From the NCBI GenBank assembly GCA_026936335.1, contig JAPMXV010000016.1, forward strand, positions 252,695 to 316,694: a DNA stretch of 64,000 nucleotides, given 5' to 3'. The stretch's first letter is position 1. Every line of letters begins with the position of its first letter. Below the pieces are notes generated by a model. It was not told the DNA's origin. It saw nothing but the letters and a program-made list of their open reading frames with translations, and did no database searches. Source of the DNA: Mantamonas sphyraenae STR306 (lineage: Eukaryota > Protista > CRuMs). A program made the position numbers and the translations under genes. Of the stretch, positions 46,416 through 58,645 are shown one piece after another.

Positions 46416-49391
46416 ATGTCTTTTTGGCGCTTTGGGTTTCAGAAGGCCTCTCCCATCGATGCGATGCTGGAGAAGGAGGACGTGACTCTGGAAGACCTGT
46501 TTGAAGAGGACGATCTGCTTCAGGAGGTGAAAACACACAACAAGAACCTCGTGACATTGTACGTTGATGGAGAGAGTGAGTGGGAAGGGCAGTGGGTGGG
46601 TGGGTAGGTGGATGGATGGATGAGTGGATGGGTGGGTGGGTGAGAGGAGAGGGAGTTGGGGTGGGGCTGCGCGGCAAGAGAGGAGGCCGCGCGTTTTTCG
46701 TCCGGAGAGGGTGCACGCGCAGTGGACGGGCGCCGCAGGAACGGTGCAGGTGCATGCAAGAGAGGACGGAGAGGGTGAGAATGGAGAGAGACAGGGTGGG
46801 AGTTGGGCAGGGGCGAGGAAACATGTCGCACAGGATGCAGCGGGTGCGGAGAGGAGAGGCGGGAGACGGTTTTGCGTGTTGGGGAGAAAATGGCCCTCCC
46901 AGGCAGAGGAGGAGCTTTTTCGGAAGGGCCGGAGGGTTGGCGAGGGCGAGCCGTAAAGAGGAGAAGGGCAAGGGTGCATGGACACTGACACGGATGGGCG
47001 TGGGACGCATGCAGTTTGACGCGGGAAGAGAACATGGGAAAGATCCTGCGGTACATTGTAGAGGCGCCGAGCGAAGATCAGCTGAATGCATCTGCTCAGC
47101 TGACGGAGGAGGACGTAGGGACGAGCGAGGGGCCAGGAACAGACGGGGCAGAGGAAGGGGCAAGCAGCAGCTCTGGAGAAGCAGAGAGTGCAGCAGACGA
47201 AGATGAGAGCGGTGAAAAGGAGGCCAAGGTGGAGGATGGAAGCGGGCCAAGCGAGGGCGGCGAGGAGGGTGGTGAGGAGAAGCAGGAGGGTGGTGAGGAT
47301 GGTGGTGAGGAGGGCGGCGTGGATGGTGGTGAGGCGGAAGAGGCGGGGGCGGCGCCAATGAGTGAGTACGACCGGATCCAGATGCTGATGCGGTACTCGT
47401 TTTTGTCTGTGGAGATTGTAAAGTGCGAGGTGTGGTCGATCCTGGACACGATTATCCGGTCGAACGAGCACCTGGACCTGCTGCTTTCGTTCCTGGACTA
47501 CGAGCCGCCGCTGAGCGAGCTGCAGGCTAATTATTGCTGCTCTGTGCTGTCGCTGCTGCTGAACAAGAAGCCGTACCTGCTGGTGGCCAAGTGCCAGTCG
47601 ACGGAAAACCTGGTGCACAACCTGGTGAAGCACTTTGGCACGTATGCAGTCATGGAGCTGACAACGAAGCTGGTGTCGTGCGAAGACTACTCGTCGGAGT
47701 GGATGTTTGACGACGACCTGTGCGGCGAGCTGGTGGCAGCGTTGAACACGGAGAACCCGAGCGTGGACTTGGTGGAGAATGTGGCGCAGGCGCTGAACGA
47801 CATTGTGTTGTTTGGCACGCAGGTGGCTAGTTCGTCGCAGGCGACGATTCTCCAGCAATTTCAGGACGTTCCGTTTGTGGACTCGCTCGTGGAGGCGTTG
47901 CTTCATGATGTGAGTTTGGGTTGTAGGGTGGGAGGAGGGGAGGAGGAGGGGGGGAGGATGAGGACGCTTGCTTACACACAATCACAATCACAGTACTGCG
48001 TGGCACCGGGATTCAAAGTGCTCGACACGCTGGTGCGCAACACGGTGAACGACTTTCCAGAGGCGCAGGACGAGCTGGACGACTGCCCTGCTGTGATCCA
48101 GGCCATTGTGAAGCGGTTCGAGAGGCTGCATGCGCTGTTGATGACGCCAAGCCCGATGGCGACGCTGAAGACGACGTTTGGCGTGCTGTCGCCTCCGCTG
48201 GGCTCGCAGCGCTTGGAGGTGATCCAGTTCTTTTTGAACATGTTCCGCACACATTTTCATGTGGTGGACGAGCAGCTGGTGCAGTACAAGGTGATGCAGT
48301 CGCTGCTGGATTTGTTTTTCCAGTACGAGTGGAACAACGCGCTGCATCTCAAGGTGTGCGGTATGGTCGAGGAGGTGCTCGAGGCAGAACACACGCCGGA
48401 GCTGCGCAGCACGTTGATGGTCGAGTGTCGTTTGCTGGACAGGCTGTTGGAGGGAGTGGAGAAGAATGCGAAAGCGACGTGAGTTGAGGAGGGGAAACGG
48501 GGGGGGGAAGGGAACAAGGGGAGGTGGGGGGAAGGGAACAAGGGTGGTGTGTTGAGGACTAACACGTGACGGGTGGTCGTGGCGCACCGCGCGACTCAAC
48601 ACAGCGAGCGCGGACCTGGGTACTCGCTGGGGTACATGGGCTTTGTGCACAGCATGTCGATGACGGTGATGCACGCTCGCTCGCATCATCCAGAGGTGAG
48701 CGCAGTGGTGGATAGCCATGACGGTTGGCTGGAGTACGCCGAGACGACGCTGAAGGAAAAGGAGGAGGAGGAGGGCAAACAGCTGGGAGGGTTCAAGCCG
48801 ATGGGCGAACATGAAGACGAGGAGGAGGAGGATGATCTGCACCACATGGGCATCGCGGGCAACCCGATGGCGTTCCAACAACAGTTTGCCAACTTTACAG
48901 ACAGCTTCGACGACGACAACGAGGACAGCGGGCGGCTGATCATCATCGACGACAACGACGACTTTGCAGACGAGGAGGAGGAAGAAGAGGATGAGGAGAC
49001 GGGAGTGGTCGTGCCGAGCGGACAGCAGGCGCAGGACGAGGACGACGAGGCAGACTTTGAAGCGCTGGTCGCAAGCCGCGCGTCGGCGTACGCAGCAGCA
49101 GATGCAGAAGAGGACGGCGAAGGTGCAGATGCAGCCAACAGCAGCTTCGACGACATGCAAAACAGCGCTGGCGAGATGAACTTTGCCAACTTTGACTCGA
49201 TGGACGCGTTTGACGCAGACGAAATGGTGACCATGAGCCCCGAGCAGGCGCAAGGCGAAGGCGACGGGTTTGAAAACACCTTTGAGGCCGACTTTGGCGA
49301 GTTTGTGTCTGCCGAGGACCTGCCGCCCACCGAGTCGATGGAGGCCATCGACGGGAGTGTGGATGTGAGGGAGGATGAAGAGGAGGGGTGA
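46416..49391 (+). CDS. SIT4-associated protein / PP6 regulatory subunit (SAPS)
   Basis: MSFWRFGF..VTLEDLFEEDDLLQE, TTFGVLSPPLGSQRL, LDLFFQYEWNNALH, GYMG and an acidic tail. Introns 46559-47014, 47910-47993 and 48479-48604. Confidence 0.93.
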
Positions 49392-49431
49392 GGGATGATG
49401 AATGGAGGATGGTCGTGCCATGTTGGACAGT

Positions 49432-52400
49432 TTATTCTGAGGATTCGGAAGGTTGCTGCTGGTCGAGGTCTTGCAGTTCGATGTCCTTGGGATTGGTTGA
49501 AGGGGCGTGGTCAGTCTCCCGGGAGCCGCAGGAAAGGAAAGGGGACGATTTCAGCTCCAGGAGATCGCGCATCAGGGCAAGAAGCTCGGGGTTCTCGTTG
49601 GTAGCCATATGGTGGGTAGCCTGCAGGAGAACAGAGCGCTCCAATGAGTGGGCAACACGGTGCACGGCGTTTGTGTCTTCATCGAGAGGGGCGTCCAGCA
49701 TTGCGCGCATCTGACGGCTGGCGGCGACAACTTGATCTTTGGTCATGCGCGTCTCGGCAATGGCCATGAGGAACGGGTGGTCGTCGGCGCGAAAGACCAA
49801 GTGCAGGAGGTCCTGGAACTCCTTGACGGCCAAGACCTTGTCGTCGCCCATGCGGCTGACCCGCTGGTGCTCGACAAAGCTGTTCCACATGTCGCGGAGG
49901 ACAAACCAGACGGCGCAGACGAGGACAGAGGCAGCGAGAATGGTTGTGGCGAGGCTCCAGCCGTCGCTGCCGGATTCGTCGCTGCCGGTGACAAACACAA
50001 TGCCGGCGATGAGAAGGAGGAGACTCTCGACGAGTAGGGCGCTCTCGAGGTTGTTTTGGGCGTTTGTGGCGTAGGGGCGTGCGCGCTCGTGGATGAGGCT
50101 GGAGATGCCGATGACCATGACGGCAAGCAACGCCTGGAGGGCAGGGAGGGTGGTCACAAAGAGCTGGACAGCGACGATGCCTGCCTTGCGGGCGAGGACA
50201 ACGCCTTCAAACCAGTAGTACGAGTCGACAAACTTGGCGTAGAGCGTGGAGTACTTTTGGGAAAAGGCGGGGCGCCTTCGTTCGGCAGGGTCGCGGCCGC
50301 GGTACATGACAAAGAAGATGAAGGCCGGGAGGCCAACGACGTACAGGAGAAGAAAGACGATGGCCGGGGTAACGAGGCGTGCGTGGGTGCCGTCGGGGGT
50401 CCAGCACTGGATGTTTGTGGCGACGTCCATGACAAACTCGCCGCTGCGGACCTCTGTGCAGTCGAGGACCTCGAGGACACGTGTGCACAGTGTAATGTAG
50501 AGAAGCGACATGGTGAGCACCATCTCGTTGACGAGAGAACGCAAGGTCTCTTGGTCGACGAGCTCGGATTGGGTGAACAGCGTGCTTGCGGAGTAGCGCA
50601 TGTAGGAGAGCAGGTAGCGCGCACGGCTCTGTGTGCCATCGGGCTCTGCGCAGAAAGAGGGATGTGCACGTTTGAAGGCCTCGCCATGGTTCATGACCCA
50701 TGAAGCGTGGAGGAACTGGGCGAGGACACGCAGGAGGAGGCCCACTGCGACAACGGCAGGGAGGGCCATGGTGCTCCAGAACTTGTCCTCATAGGACCAA
50801 GCGTTGGACACAGTGCACTCTGGTGCGGTTGCGTCGATGTTAAAGTTGGCAATGGTGAAGAGATTGAGGATGGAGCGGACGCCAGTGGGCCACGGGATGC
50901 GGTACTCGCTAAAGGTGCTCATGACCTGGAGGTGTGTGATGGCCATGGAGGCGACGCGGCCTGTCTGCTTGTGGGCAAAGCGAACCTGGCGCTTGACGAA
51001 AAACAGGTAGAGGACAAAGAGAAGAACCATGGCGGCGAGGGAGCCACCAGACGCTTGCTGGCATGGCTGGCATGATTTGCCGAGCCGGTAGTAGTCCTTG
51101 GCACAGACACCACACAGGATGCCCTCGTAGCCGGGGGCGCAAGTGGATTGAGTGCCACCGAGGCAGGCGTCGGAGACACCGCAGGGGACGAATCGGCGGT
51201 TTGCACCTGCGCCGACTGCAAAGAATCCTGCTTGAGGGGCGGGTTGGACAAGGCCACCTGGGCAGTCTGCATTGAGCGGGCAGCGCACACAGGGCTTGCC
51301 GGCAAGGCCGTCGGGTTCATAAAAGTTCTTTAGGCACTGGCAGGTGTCGAGGGTGGTGGCAGTGTCCGAGATGGCGCGGGTGTTTGCAGGGCAAACGACA
51401 GGCTTTGCGACGACAGCAAAGACGACGGCCGGGTTGGCTTCCGGGGTCTGGCCGTCGAGCAGGACAGTGACCGCATAGCTGCCAACGGGGTGGCTTGCAG
51501 GGGACTCGAGGACGATGGAGGTGGAGGTGACCTTGGTCGGCGCGTAGAGATTGCCCGTGCCGAGACGGACAAGGACGGAGGGAGTGTCGATGAAATCTTT
51601 GCCCGTGATGGTGATGCGGGCGACGTCTTCGGAGGTCTTTGAGGTTGGCTGGACGGAGAAGATTTGCGGGTGGACGTAGGTTGTGATCGAGCGGGCGGAG
51701 TCGTGGTAGTGGACGCCGTTGAGGGCGACCCAGATGGACATGGTGGACGGGAGAGTTGTGCCGCTGGTGTCGGGAACGGTAAAGGCGAGACTCGAGGAGG
51801 AGAGAGTGACGTCGGTGGCCTGGAAGAAGACGGAAGAGGAGGCGTGGAGGCGAACTTGCGGGGCTTGCGGGAGTGTGGGCCAGACGCCAGAGAGGGAGAC
51901 ACGTGTGGAGCCGCCAATGAAGGCATAGGCTGGGGAGGACGCGTTGAAAATGGGGTGCGTAAACACGCGGATGGAGGGGCCGGTTGAAGTGAAGTGGAGG
52001 CCTGCGCTTGACGAGGCCTGCACAGGGACAAGCTGTGTGTCTTGTGGCATCGCAGGGGAGAGTGCGGTGACGGAGGCAAGGTCGGGAACAGTCCACAGGA
52101 TCTGCGTGGATGCTGCGTTGGACGTGACATTGCTGGTGATGACGGATGTGTTGACACCCGCACGGAGTTGCAGGGCACCCACAAGGCCCCCCGCGTCGAG
52201 AAGATTGCTGCCGGTGACGGTGACGCGTGCGCTGCCGGTGACAGGCACACTGCTGGGGCTCACGGACAGGATGATGGGCGTTACCGCTGTCAGTGTCTGC
52301 GTGGACGCTGCGCCGTACTCCAGGCCGCCGTTCAGGGAGACTTGCACCGAGGTCGTGGTGCTCGGCAGCGACGGCGTCACACACGACACGTGTGTGCTGC

Positions 52401-55400
52401 TCATGTAGGTGCAGTCGCCGGGCACGCCGCTGTAGCTCGCCTTGATGTTGGGTACGTCGAGGAAGCCCGTGCCCGTGAGGGTGAGGGTGGTGGGCAGGAA
52501 GGCGGCGATGAGGGAAGGCTCGACGGCGGTGATGGTGGTCGCTGCTGCGTACGTGTATGTGCCTGGCCCAGTTGCATTGACCCAGTCGATGCCGTTGAGA
52601 GCTACCATGACGGTGACGGTGTGTGGGAGCGGGATGTTTGCGGGCAGAGGAGGGGTGGTTGTGCTGATGCGTGTCGCAGAGGTGGAGACGGTGTCGAGGG
52701 GCCCGCTGTCGAATGCGTGGGAGAGGGAGGCGCATCTTGGCGCCTGTGACGCTGTTTGCGTACTCGCCGGTGGCGATGAGGGAGGTGCCACCTGTGCTGC
52801 GTCCGAGTCGTGGGGAGGTGGCGTTGAAGATGGGCGTGGCGTACACGCGCAGGGATGGGGCGCTGGAGAACGTCGCGCCGTAGTTGGAGCTTACAGAGAG
52901 AGGCAGCGACTGAGTGGCAGTCTGTGTTGTGGAGGAGAGTGTGGTGATGGAGGCAAGGTCGGGAACAGTCCACAGGATCTGCGTGGATGCTGCGTTGGAC
53001 GTGACGTTGCTGGTGATGACGGATGTGTTGACACCCGCACGGAGTTGCAGGGCACCCACAAGGCCCCCCGCGTCGAGAAGATTGCTGCCGGTGACGGTGA
53101 CGCGAGCGCTGCCGGTGACAGGCACACTGCTGGGGCTCACAGACAGGATGATGGGCGTGACCGCTGTCAGTGTCTGCGTGGACGCTGCGCCGTACTCCAG
53201 GCCGCCGTTCAGGGAGACTTGCACAGAGGTCGTGGTGCTCGGCAGCGACGGCGTCACGCACGACACGTGTGTGCTGCTCATGTAGGTGCAGTCGCCGGGC
53301 ACGCCGCTGTAGCTCGCCTTGATGTTGGGTACGTCGAGGAAGCCCGTGCCCGTGAGGGTGAGGGTGGTGGGCAGGAAGGCGGCGATGAGGGATGGCTCGA
53401 CGGCGGTGATGGTGGTCGCTGCTGCGTACGTGTATGTGCCTGGCCCAGTTGCATTGACCCAGTCGATGCCGTTGAGAGCTACCATGACGGTGACGGTGTG
53501 TGGGAGCGGGATGTTTGCGGGCAGAGGAGGGGTGGTTGTGCTGATGCGTGTCGCAGAGGTGGAGACGGTGTCGAGGGGCCCGCTGTCGAATGCGTGGGAG
53601 AGGAGGCGCATCTTGGCGCCTGTGACGCTGTTTGCGTACTCGCCGGTGGCGATGAGGGAGGTGCCACCTGTGCTGCGTCCGAGTCGTGGGGAGGTGGCGT
53701 TGAAGATGGGCGTGGCGTACACGCGCAGGGATGGGGCGCTGGAGAACGTCGCGCCGTAGTTGGAGCTTACAGAGAGAGGCAGCGACTGAGTGGCAGTCTG
53801 TGTTGTGGAGGAGAGTGTGGTGATGGAGGCAAGGTCGGGAACAGTCCACAGGATCTGCGTGGATGCTGCGTTGGACGTGACGTTGCTGGTGATGACGGAT
53901 GTGTTGACACCCGCACGGAGTTGCAGGGCACCCACAAGGCCCCCCGCGTCGAGAAGATTGCTGCCGGTGACGGTGACGCGAGCGCTGCCGGTGACAGGCA
54001 CACTGCTGGGGCTCACAGACAGGATGATGGGCGTGACCGCTGTCAGTGTCTGCGTGGACGCTGCGCCGTACTCCAGGCCGCCGTTCAGGGAGACTTGCAC
54101 AGAGGTCGTGGTGCTCGGCAGCGACGGCGTCACGCACGACACGTGTGTGCTGCTCATGTAGGTGCAGTCGCCGGGCACGCCGCTGTAGCTCGCCTTGATG
54201 TTGGGTACGTCGAGGAAGCCCGTGCCCGTGAGGGTGAGGGTGGTGGGCAGGAAGGCGGCGATGAGGGATGGCTCGACGGCGGTGATAGTGGTCGCTGCTG
54301 CGTACGTGTATGTGCCTGGCCCAGTTGCATTGACCCAGTCGATGCCGTTGAGAGCTACCATGACGGTGACAGTGTGTGGGAGCGGGATGTTTGCGGGCAG
54401 AGGAGGAGTGGTTGTGCTGATGCGTGTCACGGAGGTGGAGACGGTGTCGAGGGGCCCGCTGTCGAATGCGTGGGAGAGGAGGCGCATCTTGGCGCCTGTG
54501 ACGCTGTTTGCGTACTCGCCGGTGGCGATGAGGGAGGTGCCGCCTGTGCTGCGTCCGAGTCGTGGGGAGGTGGCGTTGAAGATGGGCGTGGCGTACACGC
54601 GCACCGTGGGTCCGTTGATGTACGTCAAGCCAAAGTTTGTGCTGACCTGCATGGTTGCATCAACGAATGCGTTGCCCGGGGAGAGCTGAGAGAATGTGGT
54701 GAGAGAGCCTTTGGAAAACACGATGCGTGTGTTGTCGTTTGTGGAAGTCAGCGGATAGTACTCGCGAAAGGAGGTCTGCATGTTGATGCGTGCGCGGATG
54801 TTGCCGTTGATAAAGTGGGTTCCTGTGAGGGTGATGAGAGTGTTTGTGTCCTGTGGCAGAGCAATGGGGCTGACGGCGGAAAGAATCGGGTAGACCGTTC
54901 GGAAGGAGACGGCACCAGGAGGGGACATCTGACTGCCTACAAGTTGACCGTTGAGGGAAACCTGGACGTCTGCCGTCGTGGGCTCGATGGTGCCGGGGAG
55001 GTCGACCGTGAACACAGTGGCGTTGACAAAGGCAGCGGTGAGTTGCAGATCGCCGATACGCACGCGTTTCTCGGGCGTGTTGACAAAGCCTGTGCCGATG
55101 ATGCTGACACGCAGCGGCTGCTTGGCAGGAGCGATGCTTGGCTGCAGAGCAGTGACCGTTGGCAAAGGGGAGACGTCGATGGTGACGGGGGGATCGGTTG
55201 ACGTGTAGTGGATGCCGTTTGTGGTGAGCTCGACGGGATGGGTGCCCTCGGCAAAGTCTTGCGGCGATTCGCAGCGTATCTTGACGTTCGAGATGTACAC
55301 AGCCACGCGCTCGGTGGAGTTGAAACGACAGCGCAGAAGTTCGCCTGTGTTGTTGAAGCCGTGCCCCGTAAGCGTAACCGTTGCACCACCAGTGGTCGGA

Positions 55401-58084
55401 GCCCAGCTGGGAGCGATGCTGTCCAGGCGGAAGAAGGTGAGATAGGCGTCATCGCTGTACTGCTGACCGTTTTGAGAGATGGCGACGCGGGCGTTGCCCG
55501 AGGTTGCCTCCGGAAAGGCGACGGCAGGGAGGGTAATTGTAACGGCGGAACCACTTGTGAAGCTGCCTAGAGTGTAGAATGTCTGAGCGTTTGCAGTGAT
55601 GACACGAGCTAGAATGACGCCCGTGTTGGAGAAGCTCTGTGTTGCAGCCGGGGCGATGGTGACCTGGAGGTTGGGTGGTTTGACGGGCATGGTGGAAGGC
55701 GAGATGGTGCTGATCCCATGCGGCTTGTAGAAGGAGTAGACGTCCGTGAGAGCCACGTAGTTCTGGTCGTTGAAGGAAATGCGGGCGGAGGCTGATTTGA
55801 GCTGAGTGGCAGCGAAAACGCCGAGAAGGGCATCGTAGCTGGGAAGAGTGAGGGTGACCTGCGTTGTACTTCCCTGTGTAAGGGCGGCGGTGACTTTTTG
55901 TGTGCCTGCATTGTCTGGCAGGGTAATTTCGACGACGATTTGTTCGCGCGTTTGCACAAAGCCTGTACCAGTGACAGTGATGCGTGTTCCGCCTGTGGTG
56001 GGACCTGCTTTCGGTGAATAGGCACTCGGGACAGCGTTGTAGGCCTGGAATCTGCCCCCGGAGATGAGATGCCAGTGCTGGCCGTCAAACTGGACAAAGA
56101 GGTCGTACGGTTGTGTGGCGAGGTTGGCGGGAGTCGTGAATGTGACTGTGGACTCGGTGATGGAGATGGAATCAGATGTGACGATGATTTCGGTGCCCAG
56201 GCGGATGCGAGCGAGCGATGGCTGGCGCGTGGGCGCGTTGTTCGCTTCAACGACGACCTGAGTTCCGCCCGTGATGGGGCCACTGGTGCGATTGAAGGAG
56301 GGGAATATGGTGCTGTAGAACTGAACAGTGGGAGGTTCGTAGTTGGTCGGCTCTGGCAAAAGGGTGACAGAGGCGTTTGCTGTGACGGGGTGGGCCGGCG
56401 TGGTGCAGTTGAGGCGTGTTGAGGTGATAAAGACGCAAGTGGGGGACGGAATGCGTGTGGGGCCAAAGAGGGGCCGCGTGGTGTTGAGCAGATTTGCGCC
56501 ACGGACCTCGAGCCACGTGCCGCCTGTGTCCGGGGAAACGGAGGGGCTGGTGGAGAAGATGACGGCATTGGTGACGGAGCAGTTTGTGCTTCCGGGGACG
56601 ATGCTTGTCACATCTGTGGGGCAGGACGAGCATGAGGTGGCTCCCGTGGTGTTTGAAAACTTGCCTGCGGGGCAGAGGGTGCACGGCTTGGTGTCCTCGT
56701 CGGCGGAGGGTCCTTGGTACAGATCTCCCGTGAAGGAGCCGGGGGGACATGTGTTTGGGACAGGAGAAATCTTTGCAAGGACCCAATTGTCGGTGGCATC
56801 TCCGGTGGGGAGGTTTCCTTTAGATGTGACGAGGGAATAGATGGAACCGTCCGCGTTGAGTGCGAGATTGGGCTGGTCGTCGTCTACTGTTGTGCCCCAC
56901 TGGTGAGTTGAGAGCAATGTACCGTTGATACGCGCTTGGAGGAGGATGATGTCAAAGTCGCCGATGTGAGTCTGGCCGTTGACTGCAGCATTTGCTGTGC
57001 CAACCATGTACACTCGGGAGCCGTCGAGAGAAAGGGCAGCGTCGTAGATGAAGTCGGCGTTGCTTGTTCCTGTGTACGTAACATCTAACGTGGAAACATG
57101 GACGACGTCGAGGTTGGTGTCGTTGAGTGCCACTAGGAACGGGCGATGGATCGACCCCGCCCGAAAAGTGTTTTGGAAATTCTCTGCGATGGTGGTACCC
57201 ACCACGTAAATGAGGGACTGTGAGGTACTTGCATGTGCAATGAAACCTCCGTGAGTATTCTTGTTTGCGGTGCCGGTCTCCCCGATGAGGATTGTTGAGA
57301 GGCGCGTACCGTCGAGCGCCCAGCGGGTGGCATACACATAAGAACCTGAGCCAGAGGCAGTCACTCCATCCAAGCCAGTGGAGGCTTCTCCAGACTCGAT
57401 TAGCTGACCATTCGAGGTGATCGAAAGCGATCTCGGCTCAACGGCCTTCCCGTTGACTCCACGTTGCTGGCACCAGTCGACACCCCCCGTGGTGTTTAGG
57501 CGACACAGGAGAGACATTTCGGCACCCGAGTAGGTGAATCCCGGGTAGGCACCGCCAGCTTTCGCTACGACGAAAGTGGAGCCATCTTGCAGAGTGGCGG
57601 TGTCCATGCCTTGGGTATTGCCTTCTGTGGCGATGACGGTGGTGTAGACGTGGTCGCCGGCAGCGGTGTACTTGATGACAAATAGCTCTTTTGTGTTGAG
57701 GGCGCGACGACCGGTGATGACGACGTGGCTGCCTGAGGGCGAAAGACGAACTGTGGAGCGAAAGTTGGCCAGGAAGACTTGCGAGCCTGTGCCAAAGGCA
57801 CGCCGATAGACGAAGTTACCAAGTTTGTCGAGCTTGACGAGAGCGGCATAGGTACTTGCACCTGGAGAAACGCCGCCGGCAAAGGTGTTCTGCACTGAGC
57901 CGTACATGTAGATGTCGCCGGTGGACTGATCGATGGCCAACCCGGTCGTGGTATCAACTCCACCGGAGCTGCTCTGGTAGTTCCGGACCCAATCTGCATT
58001 TGCTACAGAGAGGAGAAGGAGGACGAGCGAACAGGCCTGTGTGTGGATGGTGTTGGGGGGGTGGTTAGTGGATTCACGCCGCAT
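49432..58084 (-). CDS. Giant cell-surface protein: signal peptide, beta-propeller, Cys repeats, many IPT/TIG domains, multi-pass C-terminal membrane domain
   Basis: LVLLLLSVANA signal, SBBP-like propeller repeats, CPPG/CPAG Cys repeats, more than 10 IPT/TIG units (SPxxGPxxGGT..G..F..VSLNG), CAPGYEGILCGVC, then KYSTLY..YYWFE..LARK..RPY TM region. The two ORFs are separated only by an extra G at ~52726. Confidence 0.85.
52072..54603 (-). repeat. 876-bp coding tandem repeat, ~2.9 copies (292 aa = 3 IPT/TIG domains)
   Basis: Identical sub-ORFs at 52914/53790 and 53319/54195. Confidence 0.95.
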
Positions 58085-58645
58085 TCCCTTTTCGTGGAAC
58101 GTTTTCTTCGACCGGGCGTGCACGGGGAAGGGAGGGGTGGTGTGGGGCGTGTTATATGCGAGGTGGAGGAAGATGTGCGTCCGGAGGGATGGAGGCGGGG
58201 AAAGGCCGCGGTGGGAGCGTGGAAGACGGGTTGGGAGGGAGGAAAGGGAGTCGAACGTGTGATCTGCGAGGACGAAAAAAATGTGTTGTAGGTGATGGGC
58301 GCGTGGTAGATGCGAGGGCGGAAAAAGATGTGCGGCAGGAGGGTTGGAGGTGGTCGAGGGAGAGGCAGTTTGGAAGGGTGGGTGGTTGGGAGGGAGGGAG
58401 GGAGAGTGTGTGGAGGGATGTTCGACGGAAAGGGGAAAATGTGTGATTCGAGATGATTGGCAGGACGTACCAGGGTCAAGAGCCGCGTGCTGTGAAGGGC
58501 ACGAGGATGCATGAGGTGCAGGATATGGGGTCTGGGTGAAGCGTGTGTTGTGGGAGGTTGGGTTGAATGGGCAGGGGGGTGGTGGGCTTCCAGAAGTGTG
58601 TGGCCGTTGGTTTGCCCGTGCGCCCACACCTCCAAATCAACCACA

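Noticed and set aside
52442-55201. 919-aa plus-strand ORF and similar overlapping GC-rich ORFs throughout
   Set aside because: Shadow frames of well-supported genes on the opposite strand, with no recognisable motifs.
58085-58627. N-terminal 180 aa of the 2436-aa ORF
   Set aside because: P/H/T-rich translation of C-rich non-coding DNA from a non-ATG start. The signal peptide follows ATG 58084.
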